From the NCBI GenBank assembly GCA_964016885.1, contig OZ024753.1, forward strand, positions 31,186,001 through 31,250,000: a stretch of 64,000 bases of DNA. The letters run 5' to 3'. The notes under the pieces are model-generated. The model was not told the DNA's origin. It searched no databases and saw nothing but the letters and a program-made list of their open reading frames with translations. The DNA is from Eledone cirrhosa. Taxonomy: Eukaryota. Made by a program: the position numbers and the translations under genes. Positions within the stretch are counted from its first letter, which is position 1; each line of letters begins with the position of its first letter. Below are positions 1-14,717 of the stretch, in pieces.

Positions 1-79
1 CTGGGTGACTAGTGTGTGTTTATGTGCTTGTGTATGTATTTATTTATCTTATTTTATTTAATTTAATTTACTTATTTAT

Positions 80-677
80 TTATACTTCTCTTAGGTCAGT
101 GTTGTTTGTTTGGGTGTTGTTGTTGTTCCACTCATTCTTTCTGTTTAGCTTTGGTCTTCTAATTTCTATTTCACTGGCCTCTCTGATTTGCCTATCTGCT
201 GGGTCATTCCTATGCTTAGATATTATTCTAATTTCTATGTTGTCTATGTTACCGTCATGATGTTGTCTAGCATGTTCGTATAGTACTGACCCGTTTTTTC
301 GTCCTTTTAGTTCCCCCCAGTGTTGGTCTATCCTTTCACCTATGCTACGAGCTGTCTCACCTATGTATGTTGTTGTCGTGTTTCTGCAAGTACCCTCTGT
401 ACATCTTATGCTATAGACTACGTTTCTAGTTTTACAGTTTATCCGGGGGTTCACCTTACATATGATACATTTCCTATTGGTACAGTGGGTTTTCTTAAAA
501 GGGTAGGTTTTGCTGATCAGGGATTTTATGGTGGTTCCTGGCTTTTCTACCACCTTTATTTTTAAGTGGGTCTTTCTCAGGGCCTTTCTACACTGGTTAG
601 CTAATTTCCCTCCAGGGGTGGCGTCCACAAACATGACACTCTGATATCTCTGGTTGTCGTACCATGATGTGGCCTTC
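80..677 (-). mobile_element. Penelope-like retroelement, C-terminal linker + GIY-YIG endonuclease (Neptune/Nematis-like); 5' part lost in the assembly gap
   Basis: ORF 80..634 contains a Cx4Cx2C linker (CTNRKCIIC), NVVYSIRC...YIGETARSIGERIDQH (GIY-YIG), a later His motif and EASEIEIRRPKLNRKNE. The frame stays open up to the N-run. Confidence 0.88.
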
Positions 678-877
678 NNNNNNNNNNNNNNNNNNNNNNN
701 NNNNNNNNNNNNNNNNNNNNNNNNNNNNNNNNNNNNNNNNNNNNNNNNNNNNNNNNNNNNNNNNNNNNNNNNNNNNNNNNNNNNNNNNNNNNNNNNNNNN
801 NNNNNNNNNNNNNNNNNNNNNNNNNNNNNNNNNNNNNNNNNNNNNNNNNNNNNNNNNNNNNNNNNNNNNNNNNNNNN
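678..877. other. Assembly gap (200 N)
   Basis: Run of N. Confidence 1.
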
Positions 878-1282
878 AGCTTGTTAGCTATCGTCAGCAA
901 CGTATACCTTCCTGTCAGATTGTTGAACGTATATACTTACCTTATGCATATTAACGGCTGAGTAGCCCAATATGCATATCGAGTGGGTTAATCGGCCGGG
1001 TGCACCGAAAACGATAAACGGAAAAAATGAAACGATATTTCATTTCCCACTCTTAGTACGGCTGTTACTTAAATATAAGTATGTACACGTACATACATAT
1101 ATGTATACCGACGTACAGTAGTATGTATATATATATATACATACATGCACACATATATATATGCACGTATGGATTCACCGAACATTTATTATAATGCTCG
1201 GTGTGTTTGTAAACAAACATCCCGTATTAAGCCGTAGTGTCTAGCAACCACCGTTGCTCATTTGTTCAACACTGACAAAGGA

Positions 1283-1325
1283 ACGCTGTACTAGTTTCAA
1301 GCTTGTTAGCTATCGTCAGCAACGT
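1283..1325 (-). ncRNA. Minimal type I hammerhead ribozyme (F1); identical copy at 1705-1747 (-)
   Basis: Reverse complement reads ACGUUG-CUGACGA-U-AGC-UAACAA-GCU-U-GAAA-CUAG-UA^CAGCGU: 6-bp stem I, intact core, palindromic stem III, GUA cleavage triplet. Confidence 0.85.
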
Positions 1326-2305
1326 ATACCTTCCTGCCAGATTGTTGAACGTATATACTTACCTTATGCATATTAACGGCTGAGTAGCCCAATATGCATA
1401 TCGAGTGGGTTAATCGGCCGGGTGCACCGAAAACGATAAACGGAAAAAATGAAACGATATTTCATTTCCCACTCTTAGTACGGCTGTTACTTAAATATAA
1501 GTATGTACACGTACATACATATATGTATACCGACGTACAGTAGTATGTATATATATATATACATACATGCACACATATATATATGCACGTATGGATTCAC
1601 CGAACATTTATTATAATGCTCGGTGTGTTTGTAAACAAACATCCCGTATTAAGCCGTAGTGTCTAGCAACCACCGTTGCTCATTTGTTCAACACTGACAA
1701 AGGAACGCTGTACTAGTTTCAAGCTTGTTAGCTATCGTCAGCAACGTATACCTTCCTGCCAGATTGTTGAACGTATATACTTACCTTATGCATATTAACG
1801 GCTGAGTAGCCCAATATGCATATCGAGTGGGTTAATCGGCCGGGTGCACCGAAAACGATAAACGGAAAAAATGAAACGATATTTCATTTCCCACGATAGC
1901 TAACAAGCTTGAAACTAGTACAGCGTTCCTTTGTCAGTGTTGAACAAATGAGCAACGGTGGTTGCTAGACACTACGGCTTAATACGGGATGTTTGTTTAC
2001 AAACACACCGAGCATTATAATAAATGTTCGGTGAATCCATACGTGCATATATATATGTGTGCATGTATGTATATATATATATACATACTACTGTACGTCG
2101 GTATACATATATGTATGTACGTGTACATACTTATATTTAAGTAACAGCCGTACTAAGAGTGGGAAATGAAATATCGTTTCATTTTTTCCGTTTATCGTTT
2201 TCGGTGCACCCGGCCGATTAACCCACTCGATATGCATATTGGGCTACTCAGCCGTTAATATGCATAAGGTAAGTATATACGTTCAACAATCTGGCAGGAA
2301 GGTAT

Positions 2306-2348
2306 ACGTTGCTGACGATAGCTAACAAGCTTGAAACTAGTACAGCGT
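2306..2348 (+). ncRNA. Minimal type I hammerhead ribozyme (F1); identical copy at 2728-2770 (+), 5'-truncated copy at 1893-1926
   Basis: acgttg ctgacga tagctaacaagctt gaaa ctag ta cagcgt; predicted cleavage after 2342. Confidence 0.85.
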
Positions 2349-2976
2349 TCCTTTGTCAGTGTTGAACAAATGAGCAACGGTGGTTGCTAGACACTACGGC
2401 TTAATACGGGATGTTTGTTTACAAACACACCGAGCATTATAATAAATGTTCGGTGAATCCATACGTGCATATATATATGTGTGCATGTATGTATATATAT
2501 ATATACATACTACTGTACGTCGGTATACATATATGTATGTACGTGTACATACTTATATTTAAGTAACAGCCGTACTAAGAGTGGGAAATGAAATATCGTT
2601 TCATTTTTTCCGTTTATCGTTTTCGGTGCACCCGGCCGATTAACCCACTCGATATGCATATTGGGCTACTCAGCCGTTAATATGCATAAGGTAAGTATAT
2701 ACGTTCAACAATCTGGCAGGAAGGTATACGTTGCTGACGATAGCTAACAAGCTTGAAACTAGTACAGCGTTCCTTTGTCAGTGTTGAACAAATGAGCAAC
2801 GGTGGTTGCTAGACACTACGGCTTAATACGGGATGTTTGTTTACAAACACACCGAGCATTATAATAAATGTTCGGTGAATCCATACGTGCATATATATAT
2901 GTGTGCATGTATGTATATATATATATACATACTACTGTACGTCGGTATACATATATGTATGTACGTGTACATACTT

Positions 2977-4690
<1,714 letters not shown>

Positions 4691-4695
<5 letters not shown>

Positions 4696-5950
4696 AATTG
4701 AAACAAAATGAAAACGAAATTTCATTTCTCACTCTTAGTATGGCACTTACTTAAATGTAAGTATGCATGTATACGTACATACATATATGTATACAGACGT
4801 ACAGTAGCATGCACATATATATATATATATATACATATATACATACATATGCATACAGGTACACATACATATATGCACGTATCAGTTTAGCGGCGCTTAT
4901 TATAACGTCGCTTTGTTCGTTTGTAAACAAACTGAACAGCCTGAATTTATGCCATACGGTGTTAAGGCAACCACGTCACCTTTTTGTTCAACACTGACAC
5001 AGGAACGATGTACTAGTTTCAAGCTTGTTAGCTATCATCAGCACCGTTTACCCATCTGCCAGATAGTTGAACGTTCGAAAGTATATACTTTCCTTATGAA
5101 AATTAACGGCTGAGCAGCCTAATTTGCATATTGAGTGAGTTAAATCGGTCAGGCATACCGAAAACGATAAATTGAAACAAAATGAAAACGAAATTTCATT
5201 TCTCACTCTTAGTATGGCACTTACTTAAATGTAAGTATGCATGTATACGTACATACATATATGTATACAGATGTACAGTAGCATGCACATATATATATAT
5301 ATATACATATATATATACATATGCATACAGGTACACATACATATATGCACGTATCAGTTTAGCGGCGCTAACGTCGCTTTGTTCGTTTGTAAACAAACTG
5401 AACAGCCTGAATTTATGCCATACGGTGTTAAGGCAACCACGTCACCTTTTTGTTCAACACTGACACAGGAACGATGTACTAGTTTCAAGCTTGTTAGCTA
5501 TCATCAGCACCGTTTACCCATCTGCCAGATAGTTGAACGTTCGAAAGTATATACTTTCCTTATGAAAATTAACGGCTGAGCAGCCTAATTTGCATATTGA
5601 GTGAGTTAAATCGGTCAGGCATACCGAAAACGATAAATTGAAACAAAATGAAAACGAAATTTCATTTCTCACTCTTAGTATGGCACTTACTTAAATGTAA
5701 GTATGCATGTATACGTACATACATATATGTATACAGACGTACAGTAGCATGCACATATATATATATATATACATATATATATACAAATGCATACAGGTAC
5801 ACATACATATATGCACGTATCAGTTTAGCGGCGCTAACGTCAGTATTGAACAAAAAGGTGACGTGGTTGCCTTAACATCAGTGTTGAACAAAAAGGTGAC
5901 GTGGTTGCCTTAACACCGTATGGCATAAATTCAGGCTGTTCAGTTTGTTT
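4691..5950. mobile_element. Family F2: tandem 474/466-bp hammerhead-bearing monomers plus a short inverted arm
   Basis: atgaaaacgaaatttc at 4708, 5182 and 5648; homologous to F1. Inversion at ~5838 with a ~39-nt duplication; joins a family B PLE end at ~5950. Confidence 0.88.
5004..5048 (-). ncRNA. Minimal type I hammerhead ribozyme (F2); second copy at 5470-5514 (-)
   Basis: Reverse complement reads AACGGUG-CUGAUGA-U-AGC-UAACAA-GCU-U-GAAA-CUAG-UA^CAUCGUU. Confidence 0.85.
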
Positions 5951-6266
5951 ACGAACACACAAACACCCGGATGTGGCGCATGCGCAAACTGAGCACGCAA
6001 CCCACACACAAACAAAATGGCGTAGGATAGAAGAAAGGAAACGCACAGAAACGAAGAAAGAAATCCCCAGTCACTGAAGAGGTCACAGAGTGTGTGACGA
6101 AAGAACTGACTATATATATATAAACAACTATCTGGTTTTGGAACCAACCAACCAACCAGAAATTTATAAATTTGTAAATTTATAAATATTTAATAAATTA
6201 AATTGAAGTGAAAGCAACTGGTGCGTGTGTTTCTTATTGGCAACATGACCCTCCCAAAGTATAACA

Positions 6267-6270
<4 letters not shown>
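5950..6270 (+). mobile_element. Family B PLE 3' terminal region (short end); HHR at 6069-6111 lacks 2 nt at the cleavage site
   Basis: Matches 16795-17218, 29685-30282 and 44137-44414. Reads agtca ctgaaga g gtcaca gagtg tgtgac gaaa gaac tgact, versus gaac TA tgact at 44294-44338. Confidence 0.75.
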
Positions 6271-6297
<27 letters not shown>

Positions 6298-6304
6298 AAT
6301 ATAA

Positions 6305-6355
<51 letters not shown>

Positions 6356-6386
6356 TATATATATATAAATATATATATATATAAAT

Positions 6387-6425
<39 letters not shown>

Positions 6426-6828
6426 AATATAAATATATATATAAATATAAATATATATAAATATATATATAAATATAAATATATATATATAAATATGAAT
6501 ATATATATAATTATAAATATATATAAATATATATATAAATATATATATAAATATAAATATAAATATATATAAATATATATATAAATAAATATATATATAA
6601 ATATATATATAAATATATAAATATATATATAAATATATATAGAAATATAAATATATATATAAATATATATATAAATATTTATATAAATATATATATATAA
6701 ATATATATATAAATATATATATATAAATATAAATATATATATATAAATATATATATATAAATATATATATAAATATAAATATATATATAAATATAAATAT
6801 ATTTATATTTATTAAAATAACAGATTAA

Positions 6829-6879
6829 AGTTTAAGCAAAGAATCGCTGCTTTCACCCTTAACGGGATCTTCTGAAACT
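6829..6879 (-). ncRNA. Hammerhead-like motif of family C (variant core CAGAAGA, CUU triplet); also at 30316-30366 (-) and 30461-30511 (+)
   Basis: AGUUU-CAGAAGA-U-CCC-GUUAA-GGG-U-GAAA-GCA-loop-UGC-UU^AAACU. The copy near 54820 has canonical CUGAAGA. Confidence 0.6.
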
Positions 6880-7805
6880 AACAAAGTCAATCTGTAAACG
6901 CAGAACTGGATATTTCAAAAAACTTTGCAACCGGAGGAAGACAGGAAGGCGATACTTTGGTTCGCGGTAATGTTCGCTGGTAAAGAACGGGAAAAAACCA
7001 ATAATACGTCATTAAAAGGAGCGGTGAAAAACAATTACGCGCAAAGACAGAACCACGTTTAGGTATAAAAGAGGTCGTAGACTAATGGTCTCTTAGGTGG
7101 TGCATAGAGACGTTCTCTGGCAATGAACGAAAAAACGAAGATAATAAGTCATATGTGGATCGTGGAGAACAATATCACGCAAAGACAAAACCACGTAAAT
7201 GGCATAGCAGAAGTCGTAGACTAAAATTCTAACTTGGAGACCAAATGAATCTCCTCTACAGAGTTAAGAACAAAGTAAATAAATACAATACAGAAGTAAT
7301 AGAAATAAATAAATACATACACGCAGACAAATACGTACATACACAAGCATACGCAAAACCTTACCATAGCTATACAACCACGCACATATAAATATGTGTG
7401 TGTGTGTGTATGCTTGTGTACAAATAAATAAATAATTATATAAACGTATATAAGTAAATAAATACGTATATAACAAGCGCACACACATACCTACATATAA
7501 ATACACGAATGTTCGGAGACGTAAGTCAACTAAAACAAGAAGTACACATATACACACACCCACCATACGTACGAACCTGCATACTCACGCAGACGCAAAA
7601 CTCCCGTATACACATAGCCAAACCCTAAATACCAGAATATATAAAAATTATACGCCATAACAATCAAATATACGTACGAGAAGGTATACAACCTTCACAA
7701 AATATACAGGTAATATATACTTACCTATGCAAATAAGTAAAGGAATATACAAAACATATACTTAGCTCCCACATCAGGACGTAAAATATCCACGTATAGA
7801 TCGTA

Positions 7806-9002
7806 CTATCCGTTAGGGTATAACGTGGGGCTGTAATACAGGAAAGTTTTGTGCAATTTATGTTTACAAGCCGAAATTGCCTCAGATTTTTTGTTTAAGA
7901 TGTGGTCTGTGGCGTAGAGTATTTCCAGGGCCTCAGCGGCGCAGAGGTCACATGGTCTTTTATTTCCGTTATACGATCTAGCCCTAGCTAGGATCTCCCA
8001 GTGTAACTTATATTGGGTGTGGTTGTCTTTTAGTCTCCGGATATAAGCTGAAAGTGACGTCATATTCCTTCTTAGAGGGTAACGAAAAGAATGGGTATGC
8101 ATGTAAAGACGCTGCTTGAAACTATTGGCGGTTAACCCTATGTAGGCCCTAGGGGACGTGAGTGTTACAACCTTACATTTGTAGACAATGTTACTAGAGA
8201 GGCATTTCCCGGATAGGGGGCAATCAGCCCGATTCCTACAATTACAGTTAGTACTAACTACAGGGTTGCACGTGTTCCTACGGCTAGGTAGTTTAGCTAA
8301 ATTTGAAGCTGTGATGTTATGTGCAAGGTTAGGTGTCGTAGAGTAATCAATTTTAATAGTATTTCTATTAAAAATTTAACTATATTTATGTGTAGGGGGA
8401 AAATGTTTCTTAATAAGGGAAAGAAAGATCTTAGCTAATGGTGTGGCCACCTCCATATTATATGGTGGGTTAAACGAACAAATGCGACGGGATCTATTTC
8501 TTCTAGGTCTATTTTCGTACTCTGTATATGCTACCTTATCGACAAATCCACTTCGAGCAAGAGCTTCGTTGTAATAAGTGGAATGGTCGTTGAAAATGCG
8601 CTCGTTGGTGGAAAGACGGGAAAGCCTCAACGAAACGTTTCTTACCAGGTTCTTGGTTATGCTGGCGGGATGGTTGGAATGCTTACTTATGTAATTAAGC
8701 GTATCAATCGGCTTTCTATACGGGTAATACAACCCATTCAATAAATTGAGGGTAACGTCGAGGTAATTAACGACCGAGAGATTGGCCTCAACCTGTATAG
8801 AGAGGTTGAAGCCTTTAAAGAAGGCTGTGAGTTCTTTTCTGAACCTGTCGCAAGCACGAGGTCCGCACTTAGTCATGGTCAAAAGACCATCGTCACGGTA
8901 CAAACCACCGCCCGCGTTGGAGAATTCGTCCTTGATAGAGAAAAGAAGGAAAAGGCCAATAAGATCAGTAACCTCCGCAGAGTCACTGGCGCCCATACTC
9001 AC
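7806..9002 (-). pseudogene. PLE reverse transcriptase C-terminal half + GIY-YIG endonuclease, one in-frame stop at 8376-8378
   Basis: SMGASDSAEVTDLIG, GLYRDDGL, NYLDVTL, FNPPY, HKYS*IFNRNTIKIDYS, CNCRNRADC (CxCx5C), NIVYKC, AYIGLTANSFKQRLYMH, CDLC, CKH. ORFs 8376..9002 and 7806..8102 share a frame. Confidence 0.9.
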
Positions 9003-9116
9003 GTTCTGTTATTTTAATAAATATTTGCTCTACGGTTCTTATATATTTGATATATATTTATCCTTATCAAGCCCTCTTTGGATTTTAGTCTTCAATTTTA
9101 TTATTATTACTATATA

Positions 9117-9154
<38 letters not shown>

Positions 9155-9161
<7 letters not shown>

Positions 9162-9518
9162 ATTCTTGGGGAGGGTCATTTTATTATAATATTGCCAGAA
9201 ATAATAACAGAGCACACTCACTGTTCGGTTGGTTTTCGCTTCTGTATCTTTTATATCTCCATAGTTAATTTATTTGGCAGTCAATGATATTTATCAGTCA
9301 ATGAAATTTATTTATCAGTCAGTCAATGATAACCATTGATTGCCAAATGAATTAACTATGGATATATAAAAGATACAGAAGCGAAAACCAACCAAACAGT
9401 GAGTGTGTTCTGTTATTATTTCTGGCAATATTATTACAACAATATGACCCTCCCCAAGTATAACAATATTTGTTTCTACAGACGATTTCATATAAAAAAC
9501 CTTGCAAAACAAATCCAT
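9155..9518. mobile_element. Two-armed inverted insertion, family B-related
   Basis: Arms ~9155-9287 and ~9334-9470, plus a ~48-nt tail 9470-9518 similar to the family B tail; both ends in (TA)n. Confidence 0.75.
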
Positions 9519-9530
9519 ATATATATATAT

Positions 9531-9884
9531 ATGGTGTCTGCCAACTCGTTTTCGAGTACGGCCACTACTTGATATCCATGTAGGAGATCCCCTACCGATA
9601 CGCTGAACGACTGTGACTTTTTAGTCCAGCCAGCGACTTGAAGACTCTGGTACAAACACTACACTTGTGATAATTATTGACACATAGTGCTGGGCCCTTG
9701 GTACCATGTGACGACAAATGCAGAGAGATCTCCAGATATAAAGCAATGCCCGTGTCGTGAAGCTTTTATAGTGAGCAAGATGATATTTACCAAAAAGAAG
9801 AACAAGTTAACATCATTGGATACCATCAGGGTTGCAGGTGTTATATCAGAGTTTTCCATTCTCCTAGAATTCTGCCTTGACAAA
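9531..9884 (-). mobile_element. Family H non-autonomous retroelement, 5'-truncated copy
   Basis: Reverse complement of 51828-52215 with an internal deletion. Confidence 0.7.
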
Positions 9885-10636
9885 TATATATATATATATT
9901 GGCTGTGTGTGAGTGTATTATTTCCAGGACGTTCACTCTATTAAATTGAATTGAATTTGGTTATCATATCGAATCGTGATTTCTGGAAGTTGTACCGCCA
10001 ATAAATTAAAGCTAAAAGTGGTTTCCAGGAGAAAAGACTAATATGGCACCTACTTCATTCTCTGAATGCTTACCGTAGATTTTCAGGAAAAATTCTTCTG
10101 GAGTACTCACAGATAATAACATAAGCCAGTTATTATGTGCTTCTAGGTAACCATTGTCACTGGAAGGAATATAGCATACTATACCAATATTTCTTATTGC
10201 CTAATGACTAAATTGTCTATGTGATTTAAATGATTTCTATTGGATAAATGTATGTTTTCTTTTTTGTTTAAATTCTGCCTAGAGACAAATTTGATTTCCA
10301 TTCATCGTAAAAGGAAACTGGTGTAATGTCATGTTGTTCTTGCAATCAATCATACATCAATGACTCTGAATATCGACCTTGTGTTTAGGTTACATACTCA
10401 TACCTACAGACCCACTCACTCTCTGTCATATAAACGCTTTTAATATTACTAATGCAATATATATATATATATATATATGTAGTAGGGGGTTAACCGAACA
10501 TGGCTGAGCCGGCCACTTAATCGTCTTAATGGTCTGTCGGTTGTGAAATATATATAAAGTGTGTGTTGTACGCGCGCGCACACACACACAGATTCATTTT
10601 TGTTTGACACACACACTCATTTTTGTTCGAAAAGAG

Positions 10637-10668
<32 letters not shown>

Positions 10669-10670
10669 AT

Positions 10671-10888
10671 GGTTTCTACTATAGGTACAAGGACAGCAAT
10701 TTCTTTGGGGTGGGGAAAGTCGATTAAATCGACCCAGTGCATTACTGGTCCTTTATTTTATTGATTCCGTAAGGATGAAAGGCAAAGCTAACCTCGGCGA
10801 GATTTGAACTCAGACCGCAAAGGACCGTAACTCTATGCGGCTAAGGATGTTGTCCAACGCTCTACCGATTCTGCCAATCCACCGCCCT
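10671..10888 (-). mobile_element. tRNA-derived SINE with Meta-domain-like core
   Basis: Reverse complement has A-box-like tggcagaatcggtag, B-box gagttcaaatc and core gcctttcatccttacgg..aataaaataaag.accag. Confidence 0.8.
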
Positions 10889-11381
10889 TTACATATATAT
10901 ATAATACCTATATATATTGCCAATGGTTAAATATCATAGCTGCACTTACAGTTATGTATACCATAAGATCCAGCTATCCCTTTTAAGGCGATTTATTTTC
11001 CATCATCGTTAAACTTTGCAAGGTAATACCGTCACTCTCTTGGTGATTGCAGCAAAAAATCTCTAGCCGTCAAGAACAAGTCATAACTGACAGATAGTCG
11101 GCTTTGGTGGTCCAAATTTGAATATATCCATGAAAACGAAGCTAATACTTGGTATGTTGACTTCCTCTCTTACAAGCCTTAGTAATTATAACACGCATAG
11201 AAATATTTATCATGTTACATTTAATATATCCTTACACAGTCCACGAGTAAAATGAGTATTCATCTGAAGGAAAAGAAAATGTAAATAGAGAAAAAAAATG
11301 CGTTAAATGTATGAATATAAGGGACAAAGATACAGTCATTGCAATACAAAGCGAAAAATGTGGTTATTTGGTAAATACGTC

Positions 11382-11465
<84 letters not shown>

Positions 11466-12121
11466 GAGTACATATATGTATAGGCGTGTGTCTGTATGTG
11501 TCTATGTTTCATTGTATATATATATATATAATGTGTGTGTGAGTCTATAAATGTGTGCGTATGTATATAAACGTGTGTGTATGCGTTGAGAAAAAAATGA
11601 CCTATTTATATAGTCTTTTTTCTACAGGTACAAATATTTTATTGTTGATTGTACTGTCAAGTTATTTGTTGAAATGAGGATATGTTGTCTATATATACAT
11701 AGGAATAGGTATGTGATTCTTCATATATATATTTCTACAGGCAGTCCCCGAGTCGAATTTTCATTTTTCAATTTCCTATTATCTTTTCCCTATCTTCCAT
11801 GATAAGTTTGAGTTCAACATAACCCTGTTACGTAATTCTGTTGAAGTTACCTGATGAAATCGTTCTGTCTTGCACCATATTTAGATGATAGAACTCGGCC
11901 ATAGAAATAGCAACAGTGATTTCACGGAATTAAAATTTATATCTTTGTTCCGGCGTTTGTTATTATTTCTAGACGGTGGTGCGAAGATTTATGGCCTACG
12001 CATGTCTATACAATTGTTATGATATTTTGGCGAGTTTATTTGACATTGTTAACCAGTTATAATATAGAATAATATCCAATAGAGTTGTTGTTATTGTCGT
12101 AGTTCAGAACCATTTTGGTCT

Positions 12122-13025
12122 ATAGTGAACAGACCTATGTTCAAACGTTCCATCCTTCGTTTGTAATAGGTGAACAGACCTATGAGCAAACGTTCCATCA
12201 TTCGTTTGTAATAGTGAACAGACCTATGACCAAACGTTCCATCATTCGTTTGTAATAGGTGAACAGACCTATGTTCAAACATTCCATCATTCGTATGTAA
12301 TAGGTGAACAGACCTATCACCAAACGTTCCATCATTCGTTTGTAATAGGTGAACAGATCTATGATCAAACGTTCCATCATTCGTTTGTAATAGGTCAGCA
12401 GATCTATGATCAAACGTTCCATCATTCATTTGTAATAGGTGAACAGACCTATCACCAAACGTTCCATCATTCGTTTGTAATAGGTGAACAGACCTATGAC
12501 CAAACGTTCCATCATTCGTTTGTAATAGGTCAGCAGATCTATGTTCAAACATTCCATCATTCGTTTGTAATAGGTGAACAGACCTATCACCAAACGTTCC
12601 ATCATTCGTTTGTAATAGGTCAGCAGATCTATGTTCAAACATTCCATCATTCGTTTGTAATAGGTGAACAGACCTATCACCAAACGTTCCATCATTCGTT
12701 TGTAATAGGTGAACAGACCTATGACCAAACGTTCCATCATTCGTTTGTAATAGGTCAGCAGATCTATGTTCAAACATTCCATCATTCGTTTGTAATAGGT
12801 GAACAGATCTATGATCAAACGTTCCATCATTCGTTTGTAATAGGTCAGCAGATCTATGACCAAACGTTCCATCATTCATTTGTAATAGGTGAACAGACCT
12901 ATCACCAAACGTTCCATCATTCGTTTGTAATAGGTCAGCAGATCTATGATCAAACGTTCCATCCTTCGTTTGTAATAGGTGAACAGACCTATCACCAAAC
13001 GTTCCATGATTCGTTTGTAATAGGT
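12122..13025. repeat. 45-bp minisatellite, ~20 units
   Basis: Unit ttcgtttgtaataggtgaacagacctatcaccaaacgttccatca; gives the 15-aa periodic ORF 12091..13092. Confidence 0.95.
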
Positions 13026-13484
13026 TGAGCTTTTGTGTTATTTTATATAAATGTAGTTCAACAAGGGTAAAATAATGAAGACGGCAGAACAAGAGTATTT
13101 TATCAACGAATCAAAGACTGACATTTACGAGAAGTGTTAGAATAAAATCGATTACTCACCACCTCAGTTATACATAACATACTTTCCATGTATTTTAGAC
13201 ACAAAAACAACACATATATTCACATACATTGTCTTTCACTATATCTCCTGTAAAGCATTGTAACCACTGGAAACATATTCCCCGCCTCTCCCTTCAATTT
13301 ATCATCATACAATGAAGCCTCGATTTATCACTTTCAGAAGATAATTTCGAAATGTAACTGATAGCATCAGAACAAATTAGGCGAACAATTACGCTGAAAA
13401 ATACAAGAGAAAATAGTCTCTCTCTCTCTTTCTTTCTCTCTCTCTCTCTGTATGCGTATATATATATATATATATATGCAAATG

Positions 13485-13538
<54 letters not shown>

Positions 13539-13752
13539 AATGTACGTATGTATATATATATATATGCAAATGTATGTATATATATATACATACACACATG
13601 AATGTATGTATGTATATAAATATATATATATGTAATGTATGTATATATATATGTAATGTATGTATGTATATATATATGTAATGTATGTATATATATATGT
13701 AATGTATGTATGTATATATATATATGTTATGTATATATATATATAATGTATG

Positions 13753-13792
<40 letters not shown>

Positions 13793-14566
13793 GTATGTAT
13801 ATATGTATATATATACATTAATGTATGTATATATATATATATATGCACATGTATGTATATGTATGTATTTATATGTAGGTCTATATTCATGTATATATAT
13901 ATATGTATGTGTGTGTGTATATATATTTATATATAATGTATATATGTGTATTACATATATACAAGCACACTTACCCCCACACCCACACATACACCTCCCC
14001 CACACACCCACACATACACCCTCCCACCCACACACATATAAATATTGATACATTCTAATATATATATATATATTCACGCCGTTTTTTAATAAGAGTTATT
14101 TTAGTAAACTTTTCTGGAAATATTACGCATGCGCATATATAAGATGTTGCATTGGTATGCTCTAAGTGTATTTCTTATTTCTGTTACGACGTCACCGGAG
14201 ACATCAGTCACGTGTTTCCCTTGCACATTCCGCTCCCATATGACGTGTGAGGTCGTTTTTTCATTTTACCCTTGGTCATATCCACTCTGATGGTCTTAGG
14301 AGGGGACTCAAAAGCAGCTGGGTACGGAGAGCCTTTTGGTGATGTTATCTAGGATGGTCGAGGCTGTGTGCCATACCCACCACTTCTTGGTACTGCAGGT
14401 GGACGAGGATAAATGCATACCTATACACATATATATGCATATATGTGTATATATACGCACCATTGGATGTCCATTAAGTCCCCTTATTTCCTCCATTCTT
14501 CAACAGGTTTTGTTTTTCATCCGGCTGTGTGTCCAAATCTCTCTCTCTCTCTCTCTGTCTCTCACA

Positions 14567-14600
<34 letters not shown>

Positions 14601-14645
14601 ATATATGTCTGTCTGTCTGTCTCTCTCTCTCTATCTCGCACTATA

Positions 14646-14682
<37 letters not shown>

Positions 14683-14685
14683 ATA

Positions 14686-14717
<32 letters not shown>

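Larger units (their letters stand above)
878..2976. mobile_element. Family F1: tandem 422-bp hammerhead-bearing monomers in two opposed arms (retrozyme-like)
   Basis: agcttgttagc recurs at 878, 1300 and 1722 (period 422) in near-identical copies. Orientation flips at ~1893, after which ~2.6 inverted units run into (TA)n at 2976. Confidence 0.9.
6806..9111 (-). mobile_element. 5'-truncated Penelope-like element (Naiad-like), family C, with an inverted 3' tail at 9006-9111
   Basis: RT+GIY-YIG remnant at 7806-9002, ~1 kb 3' UTR, both ends in (TA)n. The terminal sequence recurs at 29163, 30293, 46705 and 54671. Confidence 0.88.

Noticed and set aside
4708-5913. Repeated small ORFs [16 protein letters not shown]…
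   Set aside because: They are antisense to the HHR strand of the monomer, not conserved in F1, and their frame varies with an internal microsatellite.
12122-13025. CRISPR-like array of palindromic repeats
   Set aside because: No unique spacers, no cas genes, eukaryotic context.
14308-14412. LSSSTCSTKKWW, reminiscent of a LINE ORF2 segment
   Set aside because: Single weak motif with no flanking support.
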